A stretch of 64,000 nt of DNA from contig CAVSHF010000003.1 in NCBI GenBank assembly GCA_963727805.1, positions 1,824,001 to 1,888,000 on the forward strand, read 5' to 3'. A program made the position numbers and the translations under genes. A model generated the notes under the pieces. It did no database searches. It saw only the letters and a program-made list of their open reading frames with translations, and was not told the DNA's origin. Numbering within the stretch: position 1 is the first letter of the stretch; each line of letters begins with the position of its first letter. The stretch is from an uncultured Nitrospiraceae bacterium (lineage in GTDB: Bacteria; Nitrospirota; Thermodesulfovibrionia; Thermodesulfovibrionales; Dissulfurispiraceae). Positions 10,752 through 22,403 of the stretch are shown piece after piece.

Positions 10752-13261
10752 TTGATGACGATGTTCACCAGCCTTCCCTTGACCACTACTACCTTCACAA
10801 GCTCCCTGCCCTGGAGTAGTTCCTTGATCTTTGGGTGGTTAAGCGCCAGATCCTTTGCTCCATCGTCCTGCAGGCCCGAGGGAGCCGTTAGCCTAGCTCT
10901 CAGCTTGCCATTGACCTGGACCACAAGCTCAATCGCGTCCTCTTTTGCGAGTGCCTCATCCCATTCGGGCCATGACTGGGCAAAAATGCTCGGGTTGGAC
11001 CCGGTTGCCTCCCACAATTCTTCACATACATGGGGGGCAAAGGGGGCGAGCATGAGCAGCATATTCCTGATAGCGGTCACAACTGCAGCCTTGTCCTCAT
11101 TGGACTCAGGGCTGAATGAGGAGATTTCGTTGATCAACTCCATAAGCGCGGCAATTGCTGTATTGAAATGATAATCCTTCTCTATGTCATCAGTGACCTT
11201 TTTTATGGTCTGGTGCGTCTTGCGCACAAGCGCGGTGGCCTTCGGACTTTCGATTGACGCTGGTATTTGTACACCCGCACCGTATTTGCAGACGAGCATC
11301 CATACCTTGTTCAGAAAGCGGTAGGCGCCTTCGACTCCCTTATCTGACCATTCGAGGTCGCGCTCCGGCGGGGCGGCAAACAGGGAAAAAAGTCTCATAG
11401 TGTCCGCTCCGTATCGGTTGATAAGGGTATCGGGATCGATGACGTTCTTCCTAGACTTCGACATTTTCTCGACCCTTCCTATTTCGACGGGACTTGAGCA
11501 GAGAATACATTGATCGTCCCGCATGTCTTGGGGGAAAAGCCATCCATGCTCTGGACATTTGAGAGTCTCCTTGCATACCATTCCCTGAGTGAGGAGATTC
11601 TTGAAGGGTTCGCTGAAGGAAATGATGCCCAGGTCTCTCATGCACCGCGTGAAAAAGCGTGAGTAGAGGAGATGCAGCACCGCGTGTTCGATACCGCCAA
11701 TATACTGATCAACCGGCATCCAGTAAGCTACATTAGTCTTATCGAGAGGATCCTCATCCTTCCTCGAACAGTATCGCAGGAAATACCACGAGGAGTCGAC
11801 AAAGGTATCCATGGTATCCGTCTCGCGCCGTGCAGCCCCCCCGCAGAGAGGGCACGTAACTTTACTGAATGACTGTGATTCTGCAAGCGGAGAGCCACCA
11901 GTCCCAGTAAGTTTGATGTCCGTAGGCAATATAACCGGAAGGTCCCTTTCCGGAATAGGTACAACACCGCACTTTTCACAATAGACGATTGGGATCGGCG
12001 TTCCCCAGTATCTCTGGCGGGATATGCCCCAATCCCTAATTTTGTAATTGATTGTCCCCTTGCCAAGTCCTCCCAATTCAAGGTGCTCGGTGATCTTTTT
12101 CTTGGCATCGTCACTCACGAGTCCGTTAAATTGGCCTGAGTTGACGATGATACCGTCGTCCTCATAAGCGGCTGCTAGTTCTATTTCTTTCGACTTATCC
12201 CGAGGAACGATGACAGTCCGTATCGGCAGGTTGTATTTTTTTGCAAACTCGAAGTCTCTCTGGTCATGAGCCGGAACGCACATGATGGCGCCGGTCCCAT
12301 ATTCCATGAGAACGAAGTTGGCGAGATAGATCGGTATCTTCTCCTCGGTGAGAGGGTTTATCGCGTACGACCCGGTAAAAAGTCCGATCTTCACTTCGTA
12401 ATCACCGTAGGTAGCAGTAAGAGGCTCGATCTTACTCGAATCAGGAACAAACTCTTTTGCAAGCGGGTGGTTGGGAGCGAGACATACAAATGTCGCTCCA
12501 AAGAGTGTGTCGGGTCGGGTTGTAAATATCCTTATCTTTTCGTTGCGTCCATCTATGGGGAAGTCGACCTCGGCACCCTCACTTTTACCTATCCAGTTCC
12601 GCTGCATGGTCACAACCCTTTCGGGCCATCCCGAGAGTTCGTCGCACCCCTGGAGTAATTCCTCCGCATAGGCCGTGATCCTGAAGAACCACTGTTCGAG
12701 CTCTTTCTGTGCAACGTCGCTGTCGCAGCGCCAGCACTTACCGTCTATGACCTGCTCATTAGCGAGAACTGTGGCACACGAAGGGCACCAATTGACATAA
12801 GACGCCTTCTTATAGACAAGGCCCTTTTCGTATAGTTTCAGAAAAAACCACTGGTTCCATTTGTAGTATTCGGGGCTACAGGTCGTAACCTCTCTGTCCC
12901 AGTCGTAGCTTAGTCCCATACGGTTGAGCTGTTTCTTCATAAACTCGATATTTTCGTAGGTCCACCTGGTAGGATGCACGCCATGCTTGATCGCCGCGTT
13001 TTCAGCGGGCAGACCGAAAGCATCCCAGCCCATAGGATGCAAGACATTTACGCCGTGCATAATCTTATAACGGGCGATGACGTCGCCGATTGCATAATTC
13101 CGGACATGACCCATATGTATCTTGCCCGATGGGTAGGGAAACATTTCAAGGCAATAGAACTTCTTCCTGGAAGAATCGGTCTCGCTCTGGTGAAGTCTTC
13201 TTTCGGCCCAATAGTTCTGCCACTTTAGCTCGATTTCATTGAAATCGTATCGTTCTTTCAT
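10748..13261 (-). CDS. leuS: Leucine--tRNA ligase
   Basis: MFPYPSG..HMGH, KMSKS, CP1 editing domain, VQVNGKLR. Confidence 0.97.
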   Translation of the reverse strand: MKERYDFNEIELKWQNYWAERRLHQSETDSSRKKFYCLEMFPYPSGKIHMGHVRNYAIGDVIARYKIMHGVNVLHPMGWDAFGLPAENAAIKHGVHPTRWTYENIEFMKKQLNRMGLSYDWDREVTTCSPEYYKWNQWFFLKLYEKGLVYKKASYVNWCPSCATVLANEQVIDGKCWRCDSDVAQKELEQWFFRITAYAEELLQGCDELSGWPERVVTMQRNWIGKSEGAEVDFPIDGRNEKIRIFTTRPDTLFGATFVCLAPNHPLAKEFVPDSSKIEPLTATYGDYEVKIGLFTGSYAINPLTEEKIPIYLANFVLMEYGTGAIMCVPAHDQRDFEFAKKYNLPIRTVIVPRDKSKEIELAAAYEDDGIIVNSGQFNGLVSDDAKKKITEHLELGGLGKGTINYKIRDWGISRQRYWGTPIPIVYCEKCGVVPIPERDLPVILPTDIKLTGTGGSPLAESQSFSKVTCPLCGGAARRETDTMDTFVDSSWYFLRYCSRKDEDPLDKTNVAYWMPVDQYIGGIEHAVLHLLYSRFFTRCMRDLGIISFSEPFKNLLTQGMVCKETLKCPEHGWLFPQDMRDDQCILCSSPVEIGRVEKMSKSRKNVIDPDTLINRYGADTMRLFSLFAAPPERDLEWSDKGVEGAYRFLNKVWMLVCKYGAGVQIPASIESPKATALVRKTHQTIKKVTDDIEKDYHFNTAIAALMELINEISSFSPESNEDKAAVVTAIRNMLLMLAPFAPHVCEELWEATGSNPSIFAQSWPEWDEALAKEDAIELVVQVNGKLRARLTAPSGLQDDGAKDLALNHPKIKELLQGRELVKVVVVKGRLVNIVIK

Positions 13262-13371
13262 AACGCCTCACGACAAGTCTTAATCCTGCAAAATGAGCAT
13301 TAGAGCGAAAAAGAGTTCTGCCTAAAGCTCAATCTAAAATATTATTATATCCTGAAACGGTCGTTCTTTGC

Positions 13372-14082
13372 TCATATTTTGATGCCGAAATTGGGAAAAA
13401 AACTGGCGAGCCATCCGATGTTGTCTGAAAGAAGAATGATCCCGAAGGCGATGAGCACAAGGCTGCTAGCGACCGTCACGACCCGCATGAAGTTCTGGAG
13501 CTTGCGAGTATACGAGAAGAATACGTTTATGGCTATAGTGGAAAGGATAAAAGGCACAGCGAGACCAAGGGAGTAAACCGCAAGAAGTTTCAGACCATAT
13601 GACGCTGAAGCCTGTGAACCGGCATATATCAATATTGTGCCCAGGATCGGGCCAATGCAGGGCGTCCATCCCGCGGCAAAGCCCATCCCGATAAAAAAAG
13701 CCCCAGCGTAACTGGCAGGATGCTTGTCGAAATGAAATCTCTTTTCCCTCATAAGAAAGTCGAGCTTGAGGACTCCGGCTGTAAAAAATCCGAAGATGAT
13801 CACCAAGATCCCCCCTCCAATACGGAGGTAATCTTGATACTTCACAAACAGGGTGCCCAGCAGAGATGACGAGGCCCCCAAAGCCATGAAGATAGTTGAA
13901 AAGCCAAGGACAAAAGCTACAGTGCTGCCAAGTCCCTTCGTATAACGCCGGGTATGCCTCAACTCGTCGAATGAGAGGCCGCTGATAAAGGAAACATAAG
14001 CGGGAACGAGGGGAAGCACGCAGGGTGAAAGGAACGACAACAGTCCTGCAAGAAAGGCGAGTGTATATGAAACTTCATTCAT
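13372..14082 (-). CDS. ccdA: Cytochrome c biogenesis / thiol transporter CcdA
   Basis: SFLSPCVLPL and WTPCIGPIL motifs, multiple TM helices. Confidence 0.9.
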   Translation of the reverse strand: MNEVSYTLAFLAGLLSFLSPCVLPLVPAYVSFISGLSFDELRHTRRYTKGLGSTVAFVLGFSTIFMALGASSSLLGTLFVKYQDYLRIGGGILVIIFGFFTAGVLKLDFLMREKRFHFDKHPASYAGAFFIGMGFAAGWTPCIGPILGTILIYAGSQASASYGLKLLAVYSLGLAVPFILSTIAINVFFSYTRKLQNFMRVVTVASSLVLIAFGIILLSDNIGWLASFFPNFGIKI

Positions 14083-14095
14083 GTCCCGTACTCTT

Positions 14096-14575
14096 TCATC
14101 TGGCACAATCCCCAGGGCAACCTTTAATTTTCTCGATCGCGTGACTAAGAGTGTCCATAATCACGGTCAGGTTTTCCCGGACCGCCTTGGGGCTTCCCGG
14201 CAGATTGATGATGAGTGTCTCTCTCTTCACCCCCGCTATGGCGCGGGAGAGCATGGCGTTCTTCGTCTTTTTGAGGCCTTCTGCCCTCATAGCCTCAGCG
14301 ATACCCGGAATTTCTCTTTCGATAACGTCTCTCGTAGCCTCGGGCGTCACATCACGGGGAGAGAGGCCCGTGCCTCCCGTCGTTAGTATAAGATCGACCT
14401 TGCCGGCATATCTAAGGAGCCGGTCTCTTATGAGAGCCCGCTCATCGGGAAGAATGTCATAAAATTTCACTTCTCCGGTCCCTTTGAGTATTTCAGCTAT
14501 GGCAAGGCCGCTTTCGTCGAACCTTTCGCCCCTAGAGCCCTTATCGCTCAGCGTGAGGACAGCCACCGTTATCAT
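14096..14575 (-). CDS. mogA: Molybdopterin adenylyltransferase MogA/MoaB family
   Basis: TTGGTG..PRDVTPEAT, LSR..AG, NLPGSPKA. Confidence 0.9.
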   Translation of the reverse strand: MITVAVLTLSDKGSRGERFDESGLAIAEILKGTGEVKFYDILPDERALIRDRLLRYAGKVDLILTTGGTGLSPRDVTPEATRDVIEREIPGIAEAMRAEGLKKTKNAMLSRAIAGVKRETLIINLPGSPKAVRENLTVIMDTLSHAIEKIKGCPGDCAR

Positions 14576-15048
14576 TCTAATCTGTTCTCGACGATGTCGA
14601 GATTCTCGAGGAAAGCAACATCTATTTCATCGCCAACAGTTAGTGTGTCGCCCCTGAGGATCCGGATAAAAATCCCTTCCTTCGGCATAACGCAATCGCC
14701 GGCCTGCTCATAAATCGCGCACCGCGTGTGGCATTCCTTCCCTATCTGGCTGACTTCGCCGATCACGCCTTTGCCGAGCTTTAGCCTTGTGCCGATTGGA
14801 AGCGCGAGGAGATCGAGTCCCTTGGTCGTAATGTTTTCGGCAAAATCACCGGGCTTCACGTCAAGGCCCATGCGCTGCATCTTCTGGACGCTCTCAATCG
14901 CAAGAAGGCTCACTTGACGGTGCCACTCGGATGAAGCATGGGCGTCGCCGACAATTCCGTAATCCTCCTTGATCACTGCCTCCTGAACTGGAGTTTTCCG
15001 TTCCCCTTTCTTTTCGCTTATGTTGATAGATACGATTTTACCTTTCAT
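14572..15048 (-). CDS. MOSC domain protein
   Basis: GIVGDAHA, RQVSLL, PGDFAENIT, QIGKECH..C...GDCVMP. Start at ATG 15048. Confidence 0.88.
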   Translation of the reverse strand: MKGKIVSINISEKKGERKTPVQEAVIKEDYGIVGDAHASSEWHRQVSLLAIESVQKMQRMGLDVKPGDFAENITTKGLDLLALPIGTRLKLGKGVIGEVSQIGKECHTRCAIYEQAGDCVMPKEGIFIRILRGDTLTVGDEIDVAFLENLDIVENRLE

Positions 15049-15077
15049 CTTGTTCCGACCTTTCTGTAGAAGATTGT

Positions 15078-16028
15078 TTAATCTACCATAGAGCCACGCT
15101 TTAAAGCAGGGATGCCCTGAATCGGAAATTCCTCTCCTCTTTCCCTCATGAACTGAGCAACCTCCTCCAGACCGGGAATCCCAGCTCTTCCACCAACCTT
15201 TCTGCACTTCATTGCAGCCAAAGCTGATGCGAAGCGGATGGTTGATATGATATCCCATCGCATCAATAAGCCGAAAATATAGCCCCCGTGAAACACATCG
15301 CCCGCGCCGGTCGTATCAACCTCTTCGACATCGTATGCGGGGACAGCAATAGTCTGACATCCATGGAACGTGACGCTCCCCTTTTTCCCCAGCGTGATCG
15401 TAGTAAGACCGAAGCTGCGCTTTCGCAATAGTTCCCGAAACTTTCCTGCGTCTCCATCGTACCCTAGTTCTTTGGCGAATTCCTTTGAGGCTACTATATA
15501 GTCACAAAGCCCAGCGATATCGAGCATTCCTTCTCGGAGTCTTCCAGCGTCGATCATTACCGGCACTCGCATCACCTTCGCCCTGTGCGCAGCTGCAAGA
15601 GAGACGCCCTTCATAAGCCCGTCGAGAAGGAGAAAATCGGCCCCCCTCAAAAAATCGTCGCCAAGTTCATCAGGCATAAGTTCTTCTCCGGATGGGCGCC
15701 TCCAGAAGATCGTCCTATTCCCCGATCCTTTTTCGATAACGATGAAGGCCGCTTGCGAGACAGCGTTGTCGCGTCTCATAAGTCCGCCCACATCAACTCC
15801 TTCATCGACCAGAGACTGCCGGATTTTTACACCTTCCTGATCGTCTCCGATGACGCCGTAAAAGGAGCACTCAGCTCCAAGCCTTTTGAGTGCAATGAGT
15901 GCAGTTGCCACAGGCCCTCCCCCCTGCTCTTCCCAAAGGAGCACTTCTTTTTTGGTATCCCGCTCAGGAAAGGAATCTACCAGGGCGAGATAATCAAGAG
16001 AGCATTGTCCGACTCCGACGATTTTCAT
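15078..16028 (-). CDS. PfkB-family carbohydrate kinase
   Basis: QGGGPVATA and VDTTGAGDVFHGG motifs. Start at ATG 16028. Confidence 0.9.
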   Translation of the reverse strand: MKIVGVGQCSLDYLALVDSFPERDTKKEVLLWEEQGGGPVATALIALKRLGAECSFYGVIGDDQEGVKIRQSLVDEGVDVGGLMRRDNAVSQAAFIVIEKGSGNRTIFWRRPSGEELMPDELGDDFLRGADFLLLDGLMKGVSLAAAHRAKVMRVPVMIDAGRLREGMLDIAGLCDYIVASKEFAKELGYDGDAGKFRELLRKRSFGLTTITLGKKGSVTFHGCQTIAVPAYDVEEVDTTGAGDVFHGGYIFGLLMRWDIISTIRFASALAAMKCRKVGGRAGIPGLEEVAQFMRERGEEFPIQGIPALKRGSMVD

Positions 16029-16167
16029 AGTGCATTTCTGATAAGGCCTCTTCTTACTATTCTTAATGCTCAGCAAGTCAATTATAGCAGTTGTCTCTCC
16101 GGAATATGAATTATCGAAGCAAAATATGTTACATTCAAAGATTACATTTTGACAAAGGAGATTACGC

Positions 16168-17100
16168 ATGAAAAAATATGTTTTGCTATTGCTCTGCCTC
16201 GCACTCCTCGCATCTTGCACACAAGGTGGAGAGAAAAAAGGTGATGTCGTTGCGAAGATCGATACCGACGTGATCACAACCAAAGACGTTGAGAAAGAGA
16301 TCAATGCGCTGCCGGAATTCGCCAGGGAGTTTTTCAAAGGCCAGGATGGCATGGCCCGCCTCGTCGACGAACTCGTCAAAAAAGAATTGCTGTATGTAGA
16401 GGCGAAAAAGAAGGGTCTCGACAAGGATGAGGATTTTCAGAGAAAGCTTGAAGAAATAAAGAAAAACGCCCTCATCACCCGGCTTCTCGAAAAAGAGATG
16501 AAGGCAGTACCCCAGCTCACCGACAAGGAAGTCAAAGATTACTATGACAGTCATAAGGACGATTTCGTCCAGGCAAATGCAGTACGTCTGAGCCAGATTG
16601 TGGTAAAGACCGAGGATGACGCCAAGAAGGTCTATGAAAGACTCCAGAAGGGAGAGCCGTTTAATAAGCTTGCATCAGAAGTCTCTATGGATAAGGCATC
16701 GGCAAAGTCAGGCGGCGATCTGGGCCTTTTTAAGAGAGGCGAGATGAATCAGGATCTCGAAAAAGTCGCGTTCAGTCTCAAAAAGAACCAAATTAGTATG
16801 CCCGTTCCCCTCAAAGACGGCATCCATATTCTGGTCGTGACGGATATCAAGGGGACCGCATTTGATTTCGATAAAGTAAAAGGCAGTATCAGCCAGCAGC
16901 TCATGGCAAAGAAGCAGCAGGATGGTCTTGAAAAGTTTATTGAGGGACTTAGAAAGAATTACAAGGTTGAAGTCAACAAAGAAAATTTTTCAAAGATAAG
17001 CTTAGCACCGGCCCAGCCTCCGGCATCCGAACAGCCGGGTACGCCGCAAAAAGCTCCGGAGAAAGCACCGGAAAAGACTTCTGTCCCCGAAAAGAAATAA
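16168..17100 (+). CDS. PpiC/parvulin-type peptidyl-prolyl isomerase lipoprotein (PrsA/SurA-like)
   Basis: Lipobox LLASC; F..LA..S.D..SA..GGDLG.F rotamase motif. Confidence 0.88.
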   Translation: MKKYVLLLLCLALLASCTQGGEKKGDVVAKIDTDVITTKDVEKEINALPEFAREFFKGQDGMARLVDELVKKELLYVEAKKKGLDKDEDFQRKLEEIKKNALITRLLEKEMKAVPQLTDKEVKDYYDSHKDDFVQANAVRLSQIVVKTEDDAKKVYERLQKGEPFNKLASEVSMDKASAKSGGDLGLFKRGEMNQDLEKVAFSLKKNQISMPVPLKDGIHILVVTDIKGTAFDFDKVKGSISQQLMAKKQQDGLEKFIEGLRKNYKVEVNKENFSKISLAPAQPPASEQPGTPQKAPEKAPEKTSVPEKK

Positions 17101-17105
17101 CACTG

Positions 17106-17139
17106 AAGGGAGTGCGGATATCGTTCCGCACTCCCTTTT
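17106..17139 (+). terminator. Rho-independent terminator
   Basis: 13-bp stem AAGGGAGTGCGGA/TCCGCACTCCCTT followed by T residues. Confidence 0.8.
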
Positions 17140-17289
17140 ACTTCTAAGATGGTTGAGTGGTCAGTCTAAACCTGTCGTTTGTTCTCCTGCCTTCCGTGCC
17201 TTGACACAGTGCAAAAAAGCAGTTCACATCTAGAGCTGTTACTGCTATACTCTACAGGAGTTGATAATGTAACTCTAAGGAGCGTTAAC

Positions 17290-18738
17290 ATGCCTCTGCC
17301 AAGCAACAAGACAAAAATCGTTTGTACGATTGGCCCTGCGTCGGAATCTCCTGAAGTGCTGCAACATATGATCCGCGCCGGCATGAACATTGCCCGACTT
17401 AATTTTTCTCATGGCGATTACGAAAGTCATGCACGTATTGTCGAGCGCATCAGAAACGCTGCAGTACAGGAGGGTAAACGCGTTACACTCATGGCAGACC
17501 TACCCGGACCGAAAATGCGAATCGGTCGGATTGCCGAAGAGCCGGTTCAACTGCGTCCGGGCGATATGTTCACATTAACAACGCAAGACATAGTCGGCTC
17601 AGCCGCCGGAGCTTCCGTCACGTTTGATCGTCTGCCGCTCGTGGTTAAATCACGCGACACACTCTACCTGAATGACGGCCTTATACAGCTCGAAGTGATC
17701 CGTGTTGAGGGGAATGATGTAAAATGCGATGTTGTTGTGGGAGGGGAGCTCCGCTCGCGCAAGGGTCTGAATCTTCCAGGGATCGATCTCGGCATCAGTG
17801 CATTTACTCAGCGTGACCGACAGTGGCTGGAGATTGCCAAGCGGCTCGAACTCGATGCAGTGAGTCAGTCTTTTGTCGATTCAGGAGCCGACGTTGAAGA
17901 AGTGCGCACTGCTGCTCAGGCGATGGACTATGACCCATTTATCATCGCCAAAATCGAGAGACTGACAGCGCTCCGCAACATCGATTCGATCCTGTCGACC
18001 GCTGACGGCATTATGATCGCCCGTGGGGACCTGGGCGTCGAAATCCCGATCGAAGAGATTGCCCCTGTCCAGAAGATGCTCATGAAGAAAGCTAACCTCG
18101 TCGGCAAACCGGTTATCACCGCAACTCAGATGCTTGAATCGATGACCAATAATCCAAGGCCAACACGAGCTGAGTCTACTGATGTGGCCAATGCAATTTT
18201 GGACGGTACCGACTGCGTCATGCTTTCGGGAGAATCGGCAATGGGCATGTATCCGATAGCAGCAGTCGACATGCTCGCACGAATAGCTTCCGCTATCGAA
18301 AAAACAAGGCTGGCTCATGCAGTGCGCGAAGAGGTCCGGCAGATGAACTGCGATCTCCCCCCCAAACTTTCCGACCTCATCGCCCTCAGTGTCGAGACAA
18401 CCCTCGAATTCATCTCTCCTGCTGCAATATTTGTTCCGACCCGCGACGGCAATACTGCTCGAAGCATAACACGCTTTCGACTGCCCGTCTGGATTGTCGC
18501 GGTGAGTTCGCGGCAGGCAACCTGTCAGCGTCTCCAGTTCAGCTACGGAGCATTAGGAGTTTTTGAGTCCGACCACCCCGAAAGCTGGCGTGATTACGCC
18601 AAACAATGGCTTTGTAAAAATGGCGTCGACGCTAACCTTGTAATATTCACCGAGGGTCCGTCATCAAAATATCCGGAGATGAACAATAAGATGGAAATCA
18701 TCGACCTAACCAGGGAGGTCTATAAAAGCAAAAGATAG
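17290..18738 (+). CDS. pyk: Pyruvate kinase
   Basis: KTKIVCTIGPAS, RLNFSHG, AKIE, ARGDLGVE, ATQMLESM. Start at ATG 17290 (AAGGAG SD). Confidence 0.96.
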   Translation: MPLPSNKTKIVCTIGPASESPEVLQHMIRAGMNIARLNFSHGDYESHARIVERIRNAAVQEGKRVTLMADLPGPKMRIGRIAEEPVQLRPGDMFTLTTQDIVGSAAGASVTFDRLPLVVKSRDTLYLNDGLIQLEVIRVEGNDVKCDVVVGGELRSRKGLNLPGIDLGISAFTQRDRQWLEIAKRLELDAVSQSFVDSGADVEEVRTAAQAMDYDPFIIAKIERLTALRNIDSILSTADGIMIARGDLGVEIPIEEIAPVQKMLMKKANLVGKPVITATQMLESMTNNPRPTRAESTDVANAILDGTDCVMLSGESAMGMYPIAAVDMLARIASAIEKTRLAHAVREEVRQMNCDLPPKLSDLIALSVETTLEFISPAAIFVPTRDGNTARSITRFRLPVWIVAVSSRQATCQRLQFSYGALGVFESDHPESWRDYAKQWLCKNGVDANLVIFTEGPSSKYPEMNNKMEIIDLTREVYKSKR

Positions 18739-18870
18739 CGTAGAGGATTCTAGAGAATTCAGCAGTGTGATACCGATGCACACCTTCTTCTTCTGATATT
18801 TTGACTTTAAATATGCTATTGTGGATACTAATTATAGCAATTCCAAGACCTAAAGACTGAGAGGTTATCT

Positions 18871-19125
18871 ATGAGGATGCGATGGATAGTCGCTGTGATG
18901 TTTGTGCTTATTGTCGCGGGCTGCAGTAAGCTCACAATGGAAAACTACAACAAGCTCAAAGCGGGTATGACCTATAATGAAGTCGTGAATATCATCGGCT
19001 CTCCGGATAAGTGCAGCGACTTGCTGGGTATGAAGAACTGTGTGTGGGGTGATGAAAAGAAGTCCGCCACTGTCACCTTCGCAGGAGACAGAGTGCTCTT
19101 TTTTTCAGCCAACAATATCCATTGA
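18871..19125 (+). CDS. Small lipoprotein (BamE/SmpA-like fold)
   Basis: Lipobox VAGC; NYNKLKAGMTYNEV..IIGSP pattern. Confidence 0.75.
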   Translation: MRMRWIVAVMFVLIVAGCSKLTMENYNKLKAGMTYNEVVNIIGSPDKCSDLLGMKNCVWGDEKKSATVTFAGDRVLFFSANNIH

Positions 19126-19342
19126 CTCAGGCATTCTGTACCCAAGTGCGTCTGCCATCTGAACGTCGTGTCTGTGAATTCATTCCAAGTTTGTAAGTAG
19201 AAGCTGCGATCTTTTTTGCCGTTTGGTGTCAATATCAGATTGTGGTAACAGTTTTCATTTATTACTTCGGCGATTATGCTATTTTCTCAATTATACCTTC
19301 ATACCGCCTTCAGCCTGTCCGAGGAGACCAAGTTTGTCTGCG

Positions 19343-20737
19343 TTACTTGCCGATACAAAACTCCGAAAATATCCGATCGAGTATGTCCTCAGTTGTCACT
19401 GCCCCAATAATCTCGCCGAGACTATCAAGACATTCACGCAAAGAGAAGGCCGTCACTTCGAGAGGTTCCCCACGTTCCAGGGTTTCCCTCGCTTGTTCCA
19501 GTAATTCCCAGGCTTTGTCCAATAATTGCTTATGTCTGATATTGGTGATAAGGAGGCCTGGGATAACGTCCTGACTAGGTACATTCTTCGAGAGCAGCGA
19601 GGTGACTATCCTTTTCTTCAGTATATCAGTCCCTTCGTTTTTCAGGGCTGATATCTTGACGGCGGTATCTATATTCAATTCTATGTCGCCTTGATCAAAG
19701 TCGTGGTTGATACTGTCGCACTTGTTGATTACCATGATCGCTTTCTTCGTCTTCACTCGCTTAATAACCTGCCGATCTGCCTGATCCAGCGGTCGTGATG
19801 CATCGAAGACAGCCAAGACAATGTCGGCGTCTTCAATGGCGGCAAGGCTCCGTTTCACTCCTTCGGCCTCGGCAAGATTGTGAGCCTCTCTGATTCCAGC
19901 AGTATCCATGATGCGCACAGGCAACCCGTCAATATTCAGGCTCTCCTCTATAATGTCTCTTGTAGTTCCCGGCATATCGGTGACGATAGCACGATCCTTC
20001 TTAATTAAAGCATTCAGGAGGGAGGATTTCCCGACGTTCGGCTTGCCGACGATCGCCATTGACGCACCTTCTCGGAATAACCGGCCTTCATCGAAGCTCA
20101 GGATGAGTGCTGAAAGGCAATCACGAATAGCCCTCATGGAAGTGCCGATACCAGCCTTTGCAGGTATCTCGATCTCTTCCTCCGGAAAGTCGATATGCGC
20201 CTCAATGAGCGCACACAATTCTGTAATCCTGTCCCTTATGGCCTTTATCTCCACAGAGAGCATTCCTTCAAGCTGCTGTAACGCTATTCTCTCTGATTGG
20301 TCGGTCATGGCCGTTATTACATCGATAACCGCTTCTGCCTGCAATAGGTCAATCCTTCCATTAAGAAAAGCCCTTCTGGTGAACTCGCCCGGTTCAGCCA
20401 GACGCACGCCCTCTTTGAGCACTAGGCCGAGAATGCGTCGGAGAGGAACCGTGCCCCCGTGACAGTTAACCTCAACAACATTCTCACGCGTGTATGTCAT
20501 AGGTGCCTTCATAACCGTAACGAGGACTTCGTCGATTCTATCCGATGATGCTGGATCTTTGATAAACCCGTACATGATGGTGTGGGAGCGCATGTCCTTG
20601 AGACGTTTTTTGAGGGGAGAGAGAAAGAGCCGGTCGATGACCGCAATGGCATTTTTGCCACTAAGCCTGACGATGCCGATGCCCCCCTCACCTGGTGCCG
20701 TCGATACCGCTGCTATGGTGTCATCAAGAAAGTTCAT
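19343..20737 (-). CDS. mnmE: tRNA modification GTPase MnmE
   Basis: DTIAA.ST, GKPNVGKSS, GTTRD, DTAG, NKCD, C-terminal FCIGK. Confidence 0.97.
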   Translation of the reverse strand: MNFLDDTIAAVSTAPGEGGIGIVRLSGKNAIAVIDRLFLSPLKKRLKDMRSHTIMYGFIKDPASSDRIDEVLVTVMKAPMTYTRENVVEVNCHGGTVPLRRILGLVLKEGVRLAEPGEFTRRAFLNGRIDLLQAEAVIDVITAMTDQSERIALQQLEGMLSVEIKAIRDRITELCALIEAHIDFPEEEIEIPAKAGIGTSMRAIRDCLSALILSFDEGRLFREGASMAIVGKPNVGKSSLLNALIKKDRAIVTDMPGTTRDIIEESLNIDGLPVRIMDTAGIREAHNLAEAEGVKRSLAAIEDADIVLAVFDASRPLDQADRQVIKRVKTKKAIMVINKCDSINHDFDQGDIELNIDTAVKISALKNEGTDILKKRIVTSLLSKNVPSQDVIPGLLITNIRHKQLLDKAWELLEQARETLERGEPLEVTAFSLRECLDSLGEIIGAVTTEDILDRIFSEFCIGK

Positions 20738-20783
20738 GGGAAGGATTCATAGGCCAGCCGAACGGCCGTGCCGCGAGCCGCGT

Positions 20784-22382
20784 TTACCCCTTTTTGGACT
20801 TATCCGCCTTTTTATTGATATAGAACTGCTGTGCGATGCTCAGGATGTTGTTGACAAGCCAGTAAAGTACGAGGCCTGATGAGAAATTAAGAAAAATGAA
20901 GGTGAACATTATCGGCATTAGCAGCATTATCTTCTGCTGTTTGGGATCTGCTGTCGATGGCGTCATCTTCTGCTGAATGAATGTTGTAGCCCCCATCAGC
21001 AGCGGCAGAGGGCCTAGTGCAAAACCTCCTAAAAAGGGAACCGCAGAAGGGATATGTCCGAAAAGTGTATCAGGCGCTGCAAGATCCTGAATCCAGAGTA
21101 TGAAGGGTGCCTGTCTCAGTTCTATAGCCGTCGAGAGGATCGAATAGAGTGCGAAGAAGACGGGCATCTGCAGGAGCATGGGAAGACATCCGCCCATCGG
21201 GCTAACTTTATTATTTTTGTAAAGCTCCATCATCTCGCGCTGCATTTTTTGAGGATCACTCTTATATTTTTCCTTGATCTCCGCCATTCTCGGTTGAAGG
21301 TCGGCCAGCTTCTTCATCGACTTTTGCCCCTTGCTTATGAGCGGGAAGAAAGGAATCCTAGTGACGATCGTAAGAATAATAATTGCGATACCGTAATTGT
21401 GCGTCAAACTGTAAAAGAACTTCAGGACCCAAAAGAGTGGTCTTGCGATGATCGAGAAAAAGCCAAAATCGATGACATGTTCCATGCCCGACTGATATTT
21501 TTCAAGGATATCGTACTCCTTTGGACCTGCATAAATGACGTAAGAGTTCTCTCCTCCCTTCATCCTGACATCAACCATAGCATCGTTGTCTTTAGCCCAG
21601 GCACGCGCCTCCTCAAAGGCCACTTTGGGCACAATAAAGGCAGTAAAATACTTATCTTCCTGTGCTATCCACTTGACACCATCCTTATAAGTCTTGATCT
21701 CCTTGAGATCCTTGGGTGCCAAAGCAATCCTGTCGGCGTCCTTAAGAATAACGGGACCATGATGGTTGGTTCCTATCTTATCGTAAATCCCAAAGTCCTT
21801 ACCGAGAGCTATGACGTAAGAATCAATGCCTGTTACTTCATCTTTGAGCGCTATCGCATAATCGCCCTGATTGAAACTGTACGTTCTCCGGATCATGATT
21901 CCCTGGGAGCTATATTCGAAAACCAGATTGGCGGTTTTAGTTACCGTAATGAGTCTAGCATCCGGGCCGACAACTGAAAAATCCGCTCCCGCAAACTGGA
22001 AGCCTTCATCGAGGCCAATCGACAAAGGAGGAAGGACTTCATCTCCCTTTAGGATGATATGGTTCCCCTGATTATCTTTATACTGCTTAAGTTCGACTTG
22101 TTTGATGGTGGCTCCGCGAGAGTTAAAAACCATCCTGTAAACATCGTTTTCGACGGTAACCGTCTTCTCGGGTTTCTCAGTCCCTTTGTCTTCAACCTTC
22201 ACGGCCTGTGACGGAGTCATCGTAGCGGTCTTTGTAATCGCGGACAGCGGTACCTTTTGCTCCTCTTTTGAGGGCACCTGTTGTTGCTGCGCAGGAGGAG
22301 GTGTACTTTCTTTAATGAAAAATTGGAACCCTATAAGAACAAAAAGGGAAAGAACAATGGCGATCAATGTATTTTTTTCCAT
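20784..22382 (-). CDS. yidC: Membrane protein insertase YidC
   Basis: YAGPK, GGCLP.LLQMP, WIQDL..PD, LYW..NN..S..QQ. Confidence 0.96.
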   Translation of the reverse strand: MEKNTLIAIVLSLFVLIGFQFFIKESTPPPAQQQQVPSKEEQKVPLSAITKTATMTPSQAVKVEDKGTEKPEKTVTVENDVYRMVFNSRGATIKQVELKQYKDNQGNHIILKGDEVLPPLSIGLDEGFQFAGADFSVVGPDARLITVTKTANLVFEYSSQGIMIRRTYSFNQGDYAIALKDEVTGIDSYVIALGKDFGIYDKIGTNHHGPVILKDADRIALAPKDLKEIKTYKDGVKWIAQEDKYFTAFIVPKVAFEEARAWAKDNDAMVDVRMKGGENSYVIYAGPKEYDILEKYQSGMEHVIDFGFFSIIARPLFWVLKFFYSLTHNYGIAIIILTIVTRIPFFPLISKGQKSMKKLADLQPRMAEIKEKYKSDPQKMQREMMELYKNNKVSPMGGCLPMLLQMPVFFALYSILSTAIELRQAPFILWIQDLAAPDTLFGHIPSAVPFLGGFALGPLPLLMGATTFIQQKMTPSTADPKQQKIMLLMPIMFTFIFLNFSSGLVLYWLVNNILSIAQQFYINKKADKSKKG

Positions 22383-22403
22383 ACCGAGTCCTCTATCCGC
22401 TTC